IMG/VR virus record: IMGVR_UViG_3300007640_000027
Strand: one strand, 5' to 3'
Source of the DNA: a virus
DNA: 64,000 nucleotides
In this document: piece by piece, positions 1 to 9,212 of the stretch
Numbering within the stretch: the first letter of the stretch is position 1
Layout of the letters: every line of letters begins with the position of its first letter
The notes under the pieces: model-generated
Databases searched by the model: none
Seen by the model: only the letters and a program-made list of their open reading frames with translations
Told to the model about the DNA's origin: nothing
Position numbers and translations under genes: made by a program

Positions 1-1405
1 AACCCTCTTCACTAGCTAATCTTTTTAAATCTATTTGTGCAATTGATTCTATATATTCTGTTATTACAGTCTCACTAGTGCTGATCATTTTACCTAAGTT
101 TTCTTCTATAAAATCAGAAGTTGCACCATAAAAAGTTTTTAAACTACTTGTTATTCCTACAACAGCATCTCTTCCTTCTGTTAGAAGTGCAGCACCAGGT
201 TGAAACTCAATTTTAGATATTTGAGCGAGTATCTCTTCTTGAACACTAAGTTGATCGTCGGCGATTTGCTTTTGACTTTTTCCCTCTAACTCTTGTAAGT
301 CTCTTAATTCTTTAAAATTACCAGCAGTAAGTCGTGAAACTTCAATACTATCATCCATATTCGGAAGTTTAATTTTCAACTCCCCTTCAGTATCAAATTC
401 TGAAAGATTTTTCACCAATTCTTGATACTCCATAGGTATAGTACCAAGACCTTCAATTACTGATAATTTTTCTTGTTCTTGTTTAGAACGCATCGCCTGT
501 TCGGCCAAATCACTATAAGACATACCCAGCTGATCTGCCATAGTTCTCAAACGATACATTTGAGTAACAGGAATATCAAATTTACCTGTTTCTTTGTTAA
601 AACTCACCGCACTTGCCGCTGCTTCCATAATTGAATCTTGTAGACCACCCATATCTTGTTGTGCCATATACAACATTTGCATAGGGTCACCCAACTTACC
701 TATCTCACCACCCATCATTTGGAAACTTGCAGCCATTTCAATTGCTTGTTCAGGATCCATTAACTTATCTGCCAATTCAACAGTTTTGCCAAAGTCAAAA
801 CGTAATGATTGTGCACGTGCAACCATTTCAGAAAGACCATCAATACCATTTTTGAAATTATATCCAGCCAAAAGTTTTACGTTATCGGCAATAACCCCCA
901 TGAATTGATTCACATTCAATCCATAATTTCTTGCCATATTGGACATATCTTCCAAATTATCAATCATATAATCCGTACTCAATCCCAATGTGTCAAAAGC
1001 CTCTTCAAATTTTGCCATTTCATCAGCTGCCAAACCTGTGTTTCTGGCAATCAGTTGCATATCAATTATTTGATTTTTGGTAAAGAAATTAGTTCTTTGT
1101 AGCGATTGATTGAGTTTAGAAAATAAATCAATATTGTCCTCAATAGAAACACCAAATTCCAGTGTCGCCATTGTAGTGTCCGTTAAAACTTTTTCTAATT
1201 GTCTAACAGTTTCGGGTCCTCTCTGTAGTACTTCCCTATTTAAATTTACAATCTGCTGATTTATATTCAAAGCAGATTCAAACATCTTATTAGGAACTAA
1301 ATTTTTTAATGTGTCTTGTAATTTGAATAAACTATCAGTAGTTGCATTTGTAGAACTACTTAAATTTTTCATCGCATTATTTGCATCACCAATTGTACCC
1401 GCCAT
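1..1405 (-). CDS. Tape measure-like protein, N-terminal part (runs off the window start)
   Basis: Not in the ORF track. ATG at 1405 (MAGTIGDANNAMKNL...) and open to position 1; helical, rich in Ala/Met/Gln/Leu; follows the tube and chaperone genes, the canonical tape-measure position. Confidence 0.75.
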   Translation of the reverse strand, partial: MAGTIGDANNAMKNLSSSTNATTDSLFKLQDTLKNLVPNKMFESALNINQQIVNLNREVLQRGPETVRQLEKVLTDTTMATLEFGVSIEDNIDLFSKLNQSLQRTNFFTKNQIIDMQLIARNTGLAADEMAKFEEAFDTLGLSTDYMIDNLEDMSNMARNYGLNVNQFMGVIADNVKLLAGYNFKNGIDGLSEMVARAQSLRFDFGKTVELADKLMDPEQAIEMAASFQMMGGEIGKLGDPMQMLYMAQQDMGGLQDSIMEAAASAVSFNKETGKFDIPVTQMYRLRTMADQLGMSYSDLAEQAMRSKQEQEKLSVIEGLGTIPMEYQELVKNLSEFDTEGELKIKLPNMDDSIEVSRLTAGNFKELRDLQELEGKSQKQIADDQLSVQEEILAQISKIEFQPGAALLTEGRDAVVGITSSLKTFYGATSDFIEENLGKMISTSETVITEYIESIAQIDLKRLASEEG

Positions 1406-1443
1406 GTGTAGATTTCTTTTCTAATAAATATTACACCTAAGAA

Positions 1444-1608
1444 TTATTTGCTTTGATTTTCTTCAATCAGCTTGTTAATGAAGTATTTTCTTTCATAGGT
1501 AGGCATAATCATTATATCCCCATAAGAAAAATGAGCATATTTAATCAGATAATAAATTTCATCTAATAAGTTTTTTCTATGTTCAGAAGAAAGGGCGAAA
1601 AAACTCAA
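1444..1608 (-). CDS. T4 gp51-like small tail/baseplate assembly ORF, probably the frameshift extension of the upstream chaperone
   Basis: Hand translation LSFFALSSEHRKNLLDEIYYLIKYAHFSYGDIMIMPTYERKYFINKLIEENQSK*; the ...S..DI..MP..ER.Y.I..L.EE pattern is gp51/GT-like; overlaps the end of the chaperone gene in the +1 frame. Confidence 0.65.
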   Translation of the reverse strand: MSFFALSSEHRKNLLDEIYYLIKYAHFSYGDIMIMPTYERKYFINKLIEENQSK

Positions 1609-2329
1609 CCCCGAAAGAGATATTAATCTCTACATTCTCTCCTGACGGGGCTTTTACATTTCTTTTTAGGTCCAATCTTGGTTCAGCTTTTGCCATCAAT
1701 TTTTTGATGTGTTTGCTATCCATAATTGGTAAGTTATTTATAAATTCACTTTTTTTGCTTTCGTCTACTCCTTCAATTTTAACGATCATTCGTTCCAAAC
1801 GAGTAGTTGATACGGGTGCAATCACACCATCAGGATATTGTTCAATAATATTGTTAATTTCTTGAAGATCTTTTGATGATAAAATTCTACAATAAACTTT
1901 TTTATTTGATTTCGTCAAACTAATTTCAAATAGACCCTCTTCATTTGGTGTAATTTCAGGATCCAATACAGATACACGGTCCAACATTACTGAAGATTCA
2001 AAAAATTTGTTTGTTGCAGGATCTTTTACTTTAAAAGTATATTCAGGACCGAACGAGGAGTTCCTTAAGAAAATAAGGATCGCTTGGATATCCACGTCCA
2101 ACAATTCATCAATATTTACATCGGGTTCATAAATTTTTTCTCTTAATAATGTTTTAATAAGATTATCATTCTGATTAGCGTTCATTATTAAATTTTCATC
2201 TTTGGCTGTTAAATAACCAACCTTAACTGATTTTTTCCCATTTTTATAGAACTTACCTTCAGAGGGTAATTTAACCACATCGTGTGGTAAATCAAAGTTC
2301 ATTTGTCCATATTGTGTTGTTTGATCCAT
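1583..2329 (-). CDS. Tail assembly chaperone / T4 gp26-like baseplate hub assembly protein
   Basis: LPSxGKFY...TAKDENLI motif and C-terminal EFFRP; sits between the tube and tape measure genes. Confidence 0.7.
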   Translation of the reverse strand: MDQTTQYGQMNFDLPHDVVKLPSEGKFYKNGKKSVKVGYLTAKDENLIMNANQNDNLIKTLLREKIYEPDVNIDELLDVDIQAILIFLRNSSFGPEYTFKVKDPATNKFFESSVMLDRVSVLDPEITPNEEGLFEISLTKSNKKVYCRILSSKDLQEINNIIEQYPDGVIAPVSTTRLERMIVKIEGVDESKKSEFINNLPIMDSKHIKKLMAKAEPRLDLKRNVKAPSGENVEINISFGVEFFRPFF

Positions 2330-2384
2330 AGTTTTTAACCTTTTTAATAATTAAATATAATTGAAGAAATAATTTTTTGTAGTA

Positions 2385-2428
2385 TAAAAAAAGAAAATCC
2401 ACAACCTACCGAAATAGATTGTGGATTG
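2385..2428 (-). terminator. Intrinsic terminator after the tail tube gene
   Basis: AATCCACAA...TTGTGGATT inverted repeat, followed by a T-run on the minus strand. Confidence 0.65.
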
Positions 2429-2452
2429 TATAAAATATGTATTGTTTTTAAA

Positions 2453-2944
2453 TTAGTATACTAATATACATCTGTCAGGACGTAACGTAGCTGAAATTGT
2501 TGCCAACCCGTCATCACCATAACTTAAATCGTTAAAGTTAACGTTCGTTAAGAAAGTTCCCTGTAAAATCCATTTTTCAACAGCAACTCCTGTAGGATCC
2601 AACATTTCCAAAGTAACGTCATCTTTTTTGTAACCCGCAGCATAACCCATTCTACCTGTTACAGATTCTGCGTGTAATCTAACCCACTCCATCAACGCTT
2701 GTGCAGCTGAAGGTCCGATTGGATCTCTAAATGTTACGTTTATTGTTTCCCAAGTAAAACGTCCTGCAACATATGTTTCCGTATTTAAAAACGGTATTGG
2801 TGTTGCTCCGATGTTTATTTGTGGTCTTGATGCCGACTCTACAAACCATGAATTAATTCCCAATGAAGAAGGAAAAGATAAGATAAATCTATTCTTTCTT
2901 TTGGGTTCATACGGTACGGGCATTTTCATTAATAAATCTGCCAT
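2453..2944 (-). CDS. Tail tube protein (T4 gp19-like)
   Basis: YEPKRKNRF, AGRFTWETINVTFRDPI, LMEW, WILQGTF motifs; downstream of the sheath gene. Confidence 0.85.
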   Translation of the reverse strand: MADLLMKMPVPYEPKRKNRFILSFPSSLGINSWFVESASRPQINIGATPIPFLNTETYVAGRFTWETINVTFRDPIGPSAAQALMEWVRLHAESVTGRMGYAAGYKKDDVTLEMLDPTGVAVEKWILQGTFLTNVNFNDLSYGDDGLATISATLRPDRCILVY

Positions 2945-3035
2945 GGTTTAAATTTTTTTGTTTTTTATTTATTTATAAATATCTCTTAAAGATTTTTCTA
3001 TTTACTTTTTTTTTGATCCAGTTAAAATCTCTATA

Positions 3036-3893
3036 CTAGACTTCTTTTTTCTCCCCTTTACTAGTTAAATATGTTCTAACTGGATTATCTTCATACTCTT
3101 TTTCAAGAAAATCTTTAATCTTTTCAATATTTCTTACATCATCATCAGAAAATCCAATACTAGGTATGAAATTATTAGAAATATCATTCTTTAAAAACGC
3201 TTTCTTACCTAAATTAGAAGACATTTCCTTAACATATGCAATAAATTCTTTTAAAGCCTCTTTTTTAGCCTCTTCAGGATTTGCTTCAGCATTGGTCCCA
3301 AAACTAACAGGATAATACTTACATAAATCCAAATAGTCATTAATTAATTTATTATCATCTTTAATTTTTTCACCCACCAAATCCCTGTATTTTTTAAGGT
3401 TATAAACCAAGATCTCTTTGTTTATACCCATATGGTTCGTTTGAATGAAATTATATATAGATTCCCTTAAAATAGTCGGTGTGTGACCCCTTGCAGTTAT
3501 AATTGCAAAAATAGATCCCGCATTGATACATTCCACAAAATCATTCCACGACGGTCCTGGTTTTGCCAACATTGAATCCACAACAAATTGTTTATCACCC
3601 TCCACTCTAAAGTTTTTAAACGGATTTTCAGAAAAACCAACAATCTTGTGTCCCTTATAATCAAATTCCTCCACACCGATCATTGTACGGTACTCTGCAA
3701 AATCTTCGGTACTCATACCAACTTCCTTTCCATCTTCGTCCAAAACAATAATTTTGGTCGGCATCTCAAGAATGTTGTCGTCCCAATCAAATGCATAATA
3801 CTTTAAATCGGGGTTGTCCTGATCATCAAAACCTTCAAAAAGTTGTTTTGTTTGATAAACCTCGTTTAAGTGTTTTCTTATAATGTGTTTCAT
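3036..3893 (-). CDS. HAD-superfamily phosphatase-like protein with an N-terminal leader
   Basis: FDWDDN (DxD), ITARG and GFSDDD HAD motifs; leader MKHIIRKHLNE...LFE. Confidence 0.55.
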   Translation of the reverse strand: MKHIIRKHLNEVYQTKQLFEGFDDQDNPDLKYYAFDWDDNILEMPTKIIVLDEDGKEVGMSTEDFAEYRTMIGVEEFDYKGHKIVGFSENPFKNFRVEGDKQFVVDSMLAKPGPSWNDFVECINAGSIFAIITARGHTPTILRESIYNFIQTNHMGINKEILVYNLKKYRDLVGEKIKDDNKLINDYLDLCKYYPVSFGTNAEANPEEAKKEALKEFIAYVKEMSSNLGKKAFLKNDISNNFIPSIGFSDDDVRNIEKIKDFLEKEYEDNPVRTYLTSKGEKKEV

Positions 3894-4033
3894 TTTTCAG
3901 AAGAAATAGTTCCGATTAATCTTTCAAATTGTTCTTCAGTTATCACAATGTTTTGTGGTTTTTCTGAAAAGTATTTTTTTTCAGACCCCTCTAATTTAAG
4001 AGATTCAGTAATTACATTTTTTTTAAATTGCAT
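3890..4033 (-). CDS. Small protein (47 aa) with an ITEEQFERL motif
   Basis: Hand translation MQFKKNVITESLKLEGSEKKYFSEKPQNIVITEEQFERLIGTISSEK*; ATGA overlap with the next gene. Confidence 0.65.
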   Translation of the reverse strand: MQFKKNVITESLKLEGSEKKYFSEKPQNIVITEEQFERLIGTISSEK

Positions 4034-4063
4034 TTTCTTATAGTTTTAAAAAATTTAATTGGC

Positions 4064-4091
4064 AAAGGGGGATCAATTGGTGAACCCCCAT
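4064..4091 (-). terminator. Hairpin terminator after the sheath gene
   Basis: On the minus strand GGGGGTTCA-CCAAT-TGATCCCCC followed by TTT. Confidence 0.5.
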
Positions 4092-4113
4092 AATATAAAT
4101 ATAAGTATATTAA

Positions 4114-7100
4114 TTATACATCTTCAAATGAAGCACCTGTTGGTGTGATCAAGAATTCAATATCAATAAATTCTAATGCTCTTGTTGGTTTGATATAAAT
4201 CTTACCTGTTAGAGTATTTGAATCAAGATCTTCAGGTGTGTCTGTTACTACAACTCTAAAGTCAATAAGACCTCTGTCACGTCTGATGTTTTCCAAGATT
4301 GGATTAACTGAATCCAAGAATTCTTGACGAACCTGTTGATCATTTTGATCAAACAATAGACGTACAGCAACCGCTGAAATCAACTTACGTGCTTGTAATA
4401 ACAATCTTCTCACGTTAATTCTATCAAGTGCTGATTCTCTAACTTGAAGAGTTTTGTTACCCCAAATTACAGTTCCCACATCAGAGAATGTTGCAATTGG
4501 GTTAATTCTTCCTTTATAAAGAATATCACGATCTTCTTGTGTGAGTTTCTTTCTTGCTTTCACTGAATTCACAAGACCACGAGTGTAACCCGCTGAAGCG
4601 AACCAAGGGAATGCGATGTTATCCGTCAACGCCAAGTTTCTTACAACTTCAGCTGTCGGTGGAATATAAACTTGTGTGTTATTAACACTGTCTCTTGTAA
4701 GAACCCAAGGATAATACGTTGCCGTATAGTTTGAGTCAATACCTGTTTCATCTAAATTATCTACTGATTCTTCAGGATAAATGAAATCGGTTGTGAAACT
4801 TCTTGTGTTATTAACAAACATATTGTAATCAGGTGTAGTACAGATATAAACTGAATCAGCACGATCTGTTTCAATCATATCAATTGCACTTTCAACCAAG
4901 TTTGAGTTATTAACATAATCTATACCAGGTGTTACAAACAAGTTGATGTTAACCGCTTCAGGGTTCGCAAATGTTGATTGACCCCATAAGTAAGCATAAT
5001 AATCGGTGTTTGCCCATCTTTGTTTGTCTGGTCCCACGATTTGTTTGAATGCACCCCATCCTGTTGCGTTTGAATAATTTACAGAAGTTGCTGCACCTTT
5101 AAGATAACCTGTATTACCTAATGTAAATGAATCTAAGTTTGTTCTATATTCTCTGTAAATATCCCAACCATCAAAACCACCTGAAGGTGCGATTGTGAAT
5201 TTACGAGCAGATAAACTGAAATATGGGTTATCATTGGTTGATGGATCATTTCTGAATTCTGCAACACCAACCTCAAATTGTGATTGACCTGATGTAATAT
5301 AATTTGAAGGAACTGTAACTACGGTAGCACCTGAATCCATATGGAAACCTTTTGTAAGGTAAGCCCAAGGTGATGATTCTAATGCTTGACCTAAGTTAGT
5401 TGGATTTTGTTTTCCTTTATATTGGAAGAAATCAACATCAATTCCAACTGTATTTGAAACACCCAAATAAGTTCTACGAACTCTATCACCTGCACTTCTT
5501 GTAACATTGTCACCTGAAGCGGTACCAAATGGTGGGTTAAATAAAACTTCACCCGGTGTGTTATATTTTGTTTTATATAATAAATGTGGAGACTTGATTG
5601 AGTTGGACTCATATCTTCTCGTTAAATATCCTCTGAAACCACAAGGTAATGCATCTGTCGGTGCGTCCTCGCTCATTTCCAACATAATAAATGATGATCT
5701 CAATTGATATTCTCCGTTTGAAGTACCCACTTTTTTAGCAACGAAACCATTTTGATTTGGATCTAACGTACAGTTTGTGAATTTTTCTAACACAAATGGA
5801 TTCGCATCCGTATCAAAGAAATCTCTAACAATAATATCAAAAGTTAAGTTTTGAAATGACATATTCACGATTGAAATCTTAACTTGTTGATTCGCTGAAT
5901 TACCATCAGAAATCAATACAAATTTAAATAAGTCATATACTTCATTACCACGCAATTCTGAAACCACATATGGAGTTTCAGGTGTTTGGTAACGATCCAA
6001 ATACCAACCAATTGATGTATTAGTTGCATTATCATTTCTTGCAGAAGGAAGATCAATTAATGTGCAATTTAAACCACGAATCTTACCTTCACGGTATCCA
6101 TAATTTAATAAGTTATAATATGCTTCTTCAACAAATAAAGGAATTTCAGTTCTTGGTTTTGCAAAATTACTCTGACCAAATACTTTGGTAATATAATTTG
6201 TATTAGCCAATGAGAATGAAGTTTCAAATTCAAATGTGTTAGAATCTTTTGTGATACCTGAAATTTTAAATGTATCAAAAGGATTAGAAGTAACTCCCGA
6301 ATACACACCTGAACAGATCATTTGAACATCGGTTAATCCTGATACTTCATATATTGGTCCATCACCTGTACCGTAATCACTAATACCTCTTGAACGTAAA
6401 GTTGCAATTACCATATCATTGTAATCACTAATAGGTGTTCCCGAATAGTTGGTTACATATATAACTGCAGTACCTGAATAAGATCCAGCACCTGTTGAAG
6501 TTAAACCTGTTGTTACCATACCAAAACCAACACCTGTGTATTGACTTGAGTTACTTGGGAACATCGCATAATACCAAGGATCATTTTCTGGTGCAGTGAA
6601 ATCTGCAACATCAGTTGTGATACCATCAACTCCAAATGTTTCACTGAAGCCTGTATATGAAGACGAAGCACCTGTTACTGAACTAAATGTAGATGCCGAT
6701 ACGGTACCCCAAAACTGTGCAGTAGCACCTGAAGTCGCCACATCATTAATCTCACCATTAAAGTGAGCGATAAAATCATCTTCCAATGAAGACTCACCAC
6801 CACTGAATGTAGTATAAGGAAGTGAGAATACCGATGAAATTGATGCTGGTAAATTTTGATTGAAAATTGAAATGGTCGTACTATCACCTGTTACCCCTGA
6901 AAAATCTACACTATATACTGTAGCAGGAGCACTAGTTACGGTAAGACCTGATGAATCCAAATTACCAACTGTGGTAATTGACCACGAAGGACCTGCATCA
7001 TATCCTGAAAGACCCAATACTCTTGTTACGAATAATTGGTTAGATTGTTGAAGATACGCCTTTGCAATGTAGGCTGCTTCGTATTTAGGAATCTGTGTGT

Positions 7101-7305
7101 TCACAAATTTTGCAGGGTTTGTACCACCAAAAATTGTTTGGAATTCATCATAATTTGAGATGAAAATTGGTTCAAATGCCGGACCCGATAAAGTTTCTCC
7201 GACCAACCCTAAGGTTGTAACCCCGACGCTTTGTGCCACAAAACTTAAGTCTCTTTCTGATGTATAAACACCCGGTGAGACAAATACTTTGTTTGATGTC
7301 GCCAT
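4114..7305 (-). CDS. Contractile tail sheath protein (T4 gp18-like) with large S/T/G-rich insertions
   Basis: SPGVYTSERDLS N-terminus; PWFASAGYTRG, RINPI, WGNKTL, LDRINVRRLL, IKPTRALEFI C-terminal motifs. Confidence 0.95.
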   Translation of the reverse strand: MATSNKVFVSPGVYTSERDLSFVAQSVGVTTLGLVGETLSGPAFEPIFISNYDEFQTIFGGTNPAKFVNTQIPKYEAAYIAKAYLQQSNQLFVTRVLGLSGYDAGPSWSITTVGNLDSSGLTVTSAPATVYSVDFSGVTGDSTTISIFNQNLPASISSVFSLPYTTFSGGESSLEDDFIAHFNGEINDVATSGATAQFWGTVSASTFSSVTGASSSYTGFSETFGVDGITTDVADFTAPENDPWYYAMFPSNSSQYTGVGFGMVTTGLTSTGAGSYSGTAVIYVTNYSGTPISDYNDMVIATLRSRGISDYGTGDGPIYEVSGLTDVQMICSGVYSGVTSNPFDTFKISGITKDSNTFEFETSFSLANTNYITKVFGQSNFAKPRTEIPLFVEEAYYNLLNYGYREGKIRGLNCTLIDLPSARNDNATNTSIGWYLDRYQTPETPYVVSELRGNEVYDLFKFVLISDGNSANQQVKISIVNMSFQNLTFDIIVRDFFDTDANPFVLEKFTNCTLDPNQNGFVAKKVGTSNGEYQLRSSFIMLEMSEDAPTDALPCGFRGYLTRRYESNSIKSPHLLYKTKYNTPGEVLFNPPFGTASGDNVTRSAGDRVRRTYLGVSNTVGIDVDFFQYKGKQNPTNLGQALESSPWAYLTKGFHMDSGATVVTVPSNYITSGQSQFEVGVAEFRNDPSTNDNPYFSLSARKFTIAPSGGFDGWDIYREYRTNLDSFTLGNTGYLKGAATSVNYSNATGWGAFKQIVGPDKQRWANTDYYAYLWGQSTFANPEAVNINLFVTPGIDYVNNSNLVESAIDMIETDRADSVYICTTPDYNMFVNNTRSFTTDFIYPEESVDNLDETGIDSNYTATYYPWVLTRDSVNNTQVYIPPTAEVVRNLALTDNIAFPWFASAGYTRGLVNSVKARKKLTQEDRDILYKGRINPIATFSDVGTVIWGNKTLQVRESALDRINVRRLLLQARKLISAVAVRLLFDQNDQQVRQEFLDSVNPILENIRRDRGLIDFRVVVTDTPEDLDSNTLTGKIYIKPTRALEFIDIEFLITPTGASFEDV

Positions 7306-7436
7306 TTTGTTAATTTTATTTGAAATTTATTTTTACTATAAATACTTGGAAAAAAAACAAAAAATTATATTTTCTGTATTTATTTATGGGTCAGTAAGAA
7401 AATTTTCTACCTTTTTTCTGCCAAAAACATTTACCG

Positions 7437-7592
7437 ATGGGGGATATCAAAAACATAAAAATATCAAAAAGAAGTCACGAAGTACTAAAGAAGTATTGTG
7501 AAAAAGAGGGATTGGTTTTGTATAAGTTCTTGGAAAAACTGATTGAGGATCACTGTTCAGAACCGACTGATATATATGGTGATAAATTATAA
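7437..7592 (+). CDS. Small ribbon-helix-helix-like DNA-binding protein (51 aa)
   Basis: Hand translation MGDIKNIKISKRSHEVLKKYCEKEGLVLYKFLEKLIEDHCSEPTDIYGDKL*; alternating beta strand KNIKIS, helix, G turn, helix. Confidence 0.65.
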   Translation: MGDIKNIKISKRSHEVLKKYCEKEGLVLYKFLEKLIEDHCSEPTDIYGDKL

Positions 7593-8627
7593 AAGTTGTA
7601 CGTTGCAATAAAGAATCGCTTCTTTTGAATTATCATCTTTTACTATTTCAATAACCACAACATCATTAGTATTAACGGAAATTTCGGTCATATCATCACC
7701 ATAATAATTTCCATTTATATATACTGAAAAACTATCCACATTTTCGCTATTAATGATTTTGATATCTGCGGTGTATCTATATGTTTCGGTAAGTGCGGTT
7801 ATACCTGTGGCAAAATTAATATTTAAATCAAACTGATCTGAATTTTTATTTGGATTGTTAAATCTTTTTGAACTTGATGAAACATCTGTTTCCAATAAGG
7901 TAAGACTTCTTGATATTGCTGGTTTCACTTCAAACTCTTCTTCATCCAACAAAAATCCCATCATCATAAATTCATAATTTTGAACATAATATTTCCTTTT
8001 CTCAATATCCAAAACTGATTCATCGCTGATGCTGTTTAATACGATTGGAATATAATGTCCTTTGATTGTTGCATAAGACTGACGTGATGCAAACTCCTGA
8101 AGAACTTTTTTGTTAAAATCATTCAAATGTCTCATCTTATTGCAGAAAATCTTAATATTATATGTAATATCAACAGGTATTGGTTGAGGTATGGTATATA
8201 TGTCCATACCTTTTCTTTGACCATCCCAAGTTGGAACTTTCGCATATATAAATTGTCTGCGGTTTGGAATATTGTATTGTGTTGAAGGATTGGTACCATA
8301 AGGTACTTCTGGCTTTCTAACTGTAGCAACAAAAGGTGGTCTGATATTTTTATCTAAATCTTGGAAGTTCCAACTCTCCGTGAATTGTGCCCAATTTTGT
8401 GTCGTAATAATAATGTCTATTGTTGGAACCTTTTTTCCGTCTGCAGAAATTTCCAAATTTTCTTTTACAAAATCCAACATACCTCTATCCAAATCAGAAT
8501 GTTGTATTCCTTTTGGAAGATACGTTCCGTCTCTTTCAATATTTTCAAGCAATTCTTCTCTTCTCCTCAATAAAATTTCATCAGGAGTTAAGGGTAATGT
8601 CTTTTTTATTTTTTTTGGTAATGCCAT
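7587..8627 (-). CDS. Tail terminator / sheath stabiliser (T4 gp15-like)
   Basis: PIPVDITYNIKIF motif; located between neck and sheath genes; ATG at 8627 preferred over the TTG at 8633. Confidence 0.55.
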   Translation of the reverse strand: MALPKKIKKTLPLTPDEILLRRREELLENIERDGTYLPKGIQHSDLDRGMLDFVKENLEISADGKKVPTIDIIITTQNWAQFTESWNFQDLDKNIRPPFVATVRKPEVPYGTNPSTQYNIPNRRQFIYAKVPTWDGQRKGMDIYTIPQPIPVDITYNIKIFCNKMRHLNDFNKKVLQEFASRQSYATIKGHYIPIVLNSISDESVLDIEKRKYYVQNYEFMMMGFLLDEEEFEVKPAISRSLTLLETDVSSSSKRFNNPNKNSDQFDLNINFATGITALTETYRYTADIKIINSENVDSFSVYINGNYYGDDMTEISVNTNDVVVIEIVKDDNSKEAILYCNVQLL

Positions 8628-8652
8628 TAACAATAAATACTAAAGTATAGAA

Positions 8653-9168
8653 TTATAATCCCGTAAATTCACCATCGTTAACTGGTGATGCAACAATGCT
8701 TCTATAAAAAGGTTTGTAACCTCCATAAGTGTGTTTATTATCGCTCACCACACGACCATCATTTACCACCGTATAATAACGAACTCGTGTTTCAGTTTCA
8801 TAATATCCAATGTAGTCACCATATTCAATTTCAATATTTAATTCGTCCAAGTGATTTTGATAAACACCGACTTTTAAATTACCAGGTTCCATTTGAGACA
8901 TTCTTGAATTACCATAATCTTGGTTTTCAGGTTGTTCAATTGTAACATAACCATTAAACTGAACGGGTGGAAGATATTTTATACCATTTTCAACTGTTTC
9001 ACCATATACATCATCTGTTTTTGTTTTTTGACGATCCACACGGTATAACACCAAACTGAAATTCATATCACCCTCCAACCACTCACGGCCCATTGCGATA
9101 TCCAAATCATAATCTTCGGCTCCGAAGAATTTATTTAAGCGAGTAATCGGGACTTTTCTTTGCGACAT
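8653..9168 (-). CDS. Neck / head-closure protein (T4 gp14-like)
   Basis: LYRVD...DDVYGE...PV...GDYI pattern; genomic context. Confidence 0.55.
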   Translation of the reverse strand: MSQRKVPITRLNKFFGAEDYDLDIAMGREWLEGDMNFSLVLYRVDRQKTKTDDVYGETVENGIKYLPPVQFNGYVTIEQPENQDYGNSRMSQMEPGNLKVGVYQNHLDELNIEIEYGDYIGYYETETRVRYYTVVNDGRVVSDNKHTYGGYKPFYRSIVASPVNDGEFTGL

Positions 9169-9169
9169 A

Positions 9170-9198
9170 TTGATTATTTATATAAAATAGATTATATT
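9170..9198 (+). promoter_or_regulatory. Sigma70-like promoter for the SNF2 helicase
   Basis: TTGATT-N17-TATATT. Confidence 0.5.
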
Positions 9199-9212
9199 AT
9201 AAATATTATCAA

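Noticed and set aside
594-1102. Plus-strand ORFs 594-908 and 809-1102
   Set aside because: Antisense shadows of the tape-measure gene, which the track missed because it runs off the window
7289-7501. 70-aa plus-strand ORF
   Set aside because: Spans AT-rich promoter DNA; the overlapping 7437-7592 frame gives a far more protein-like RHH sequence
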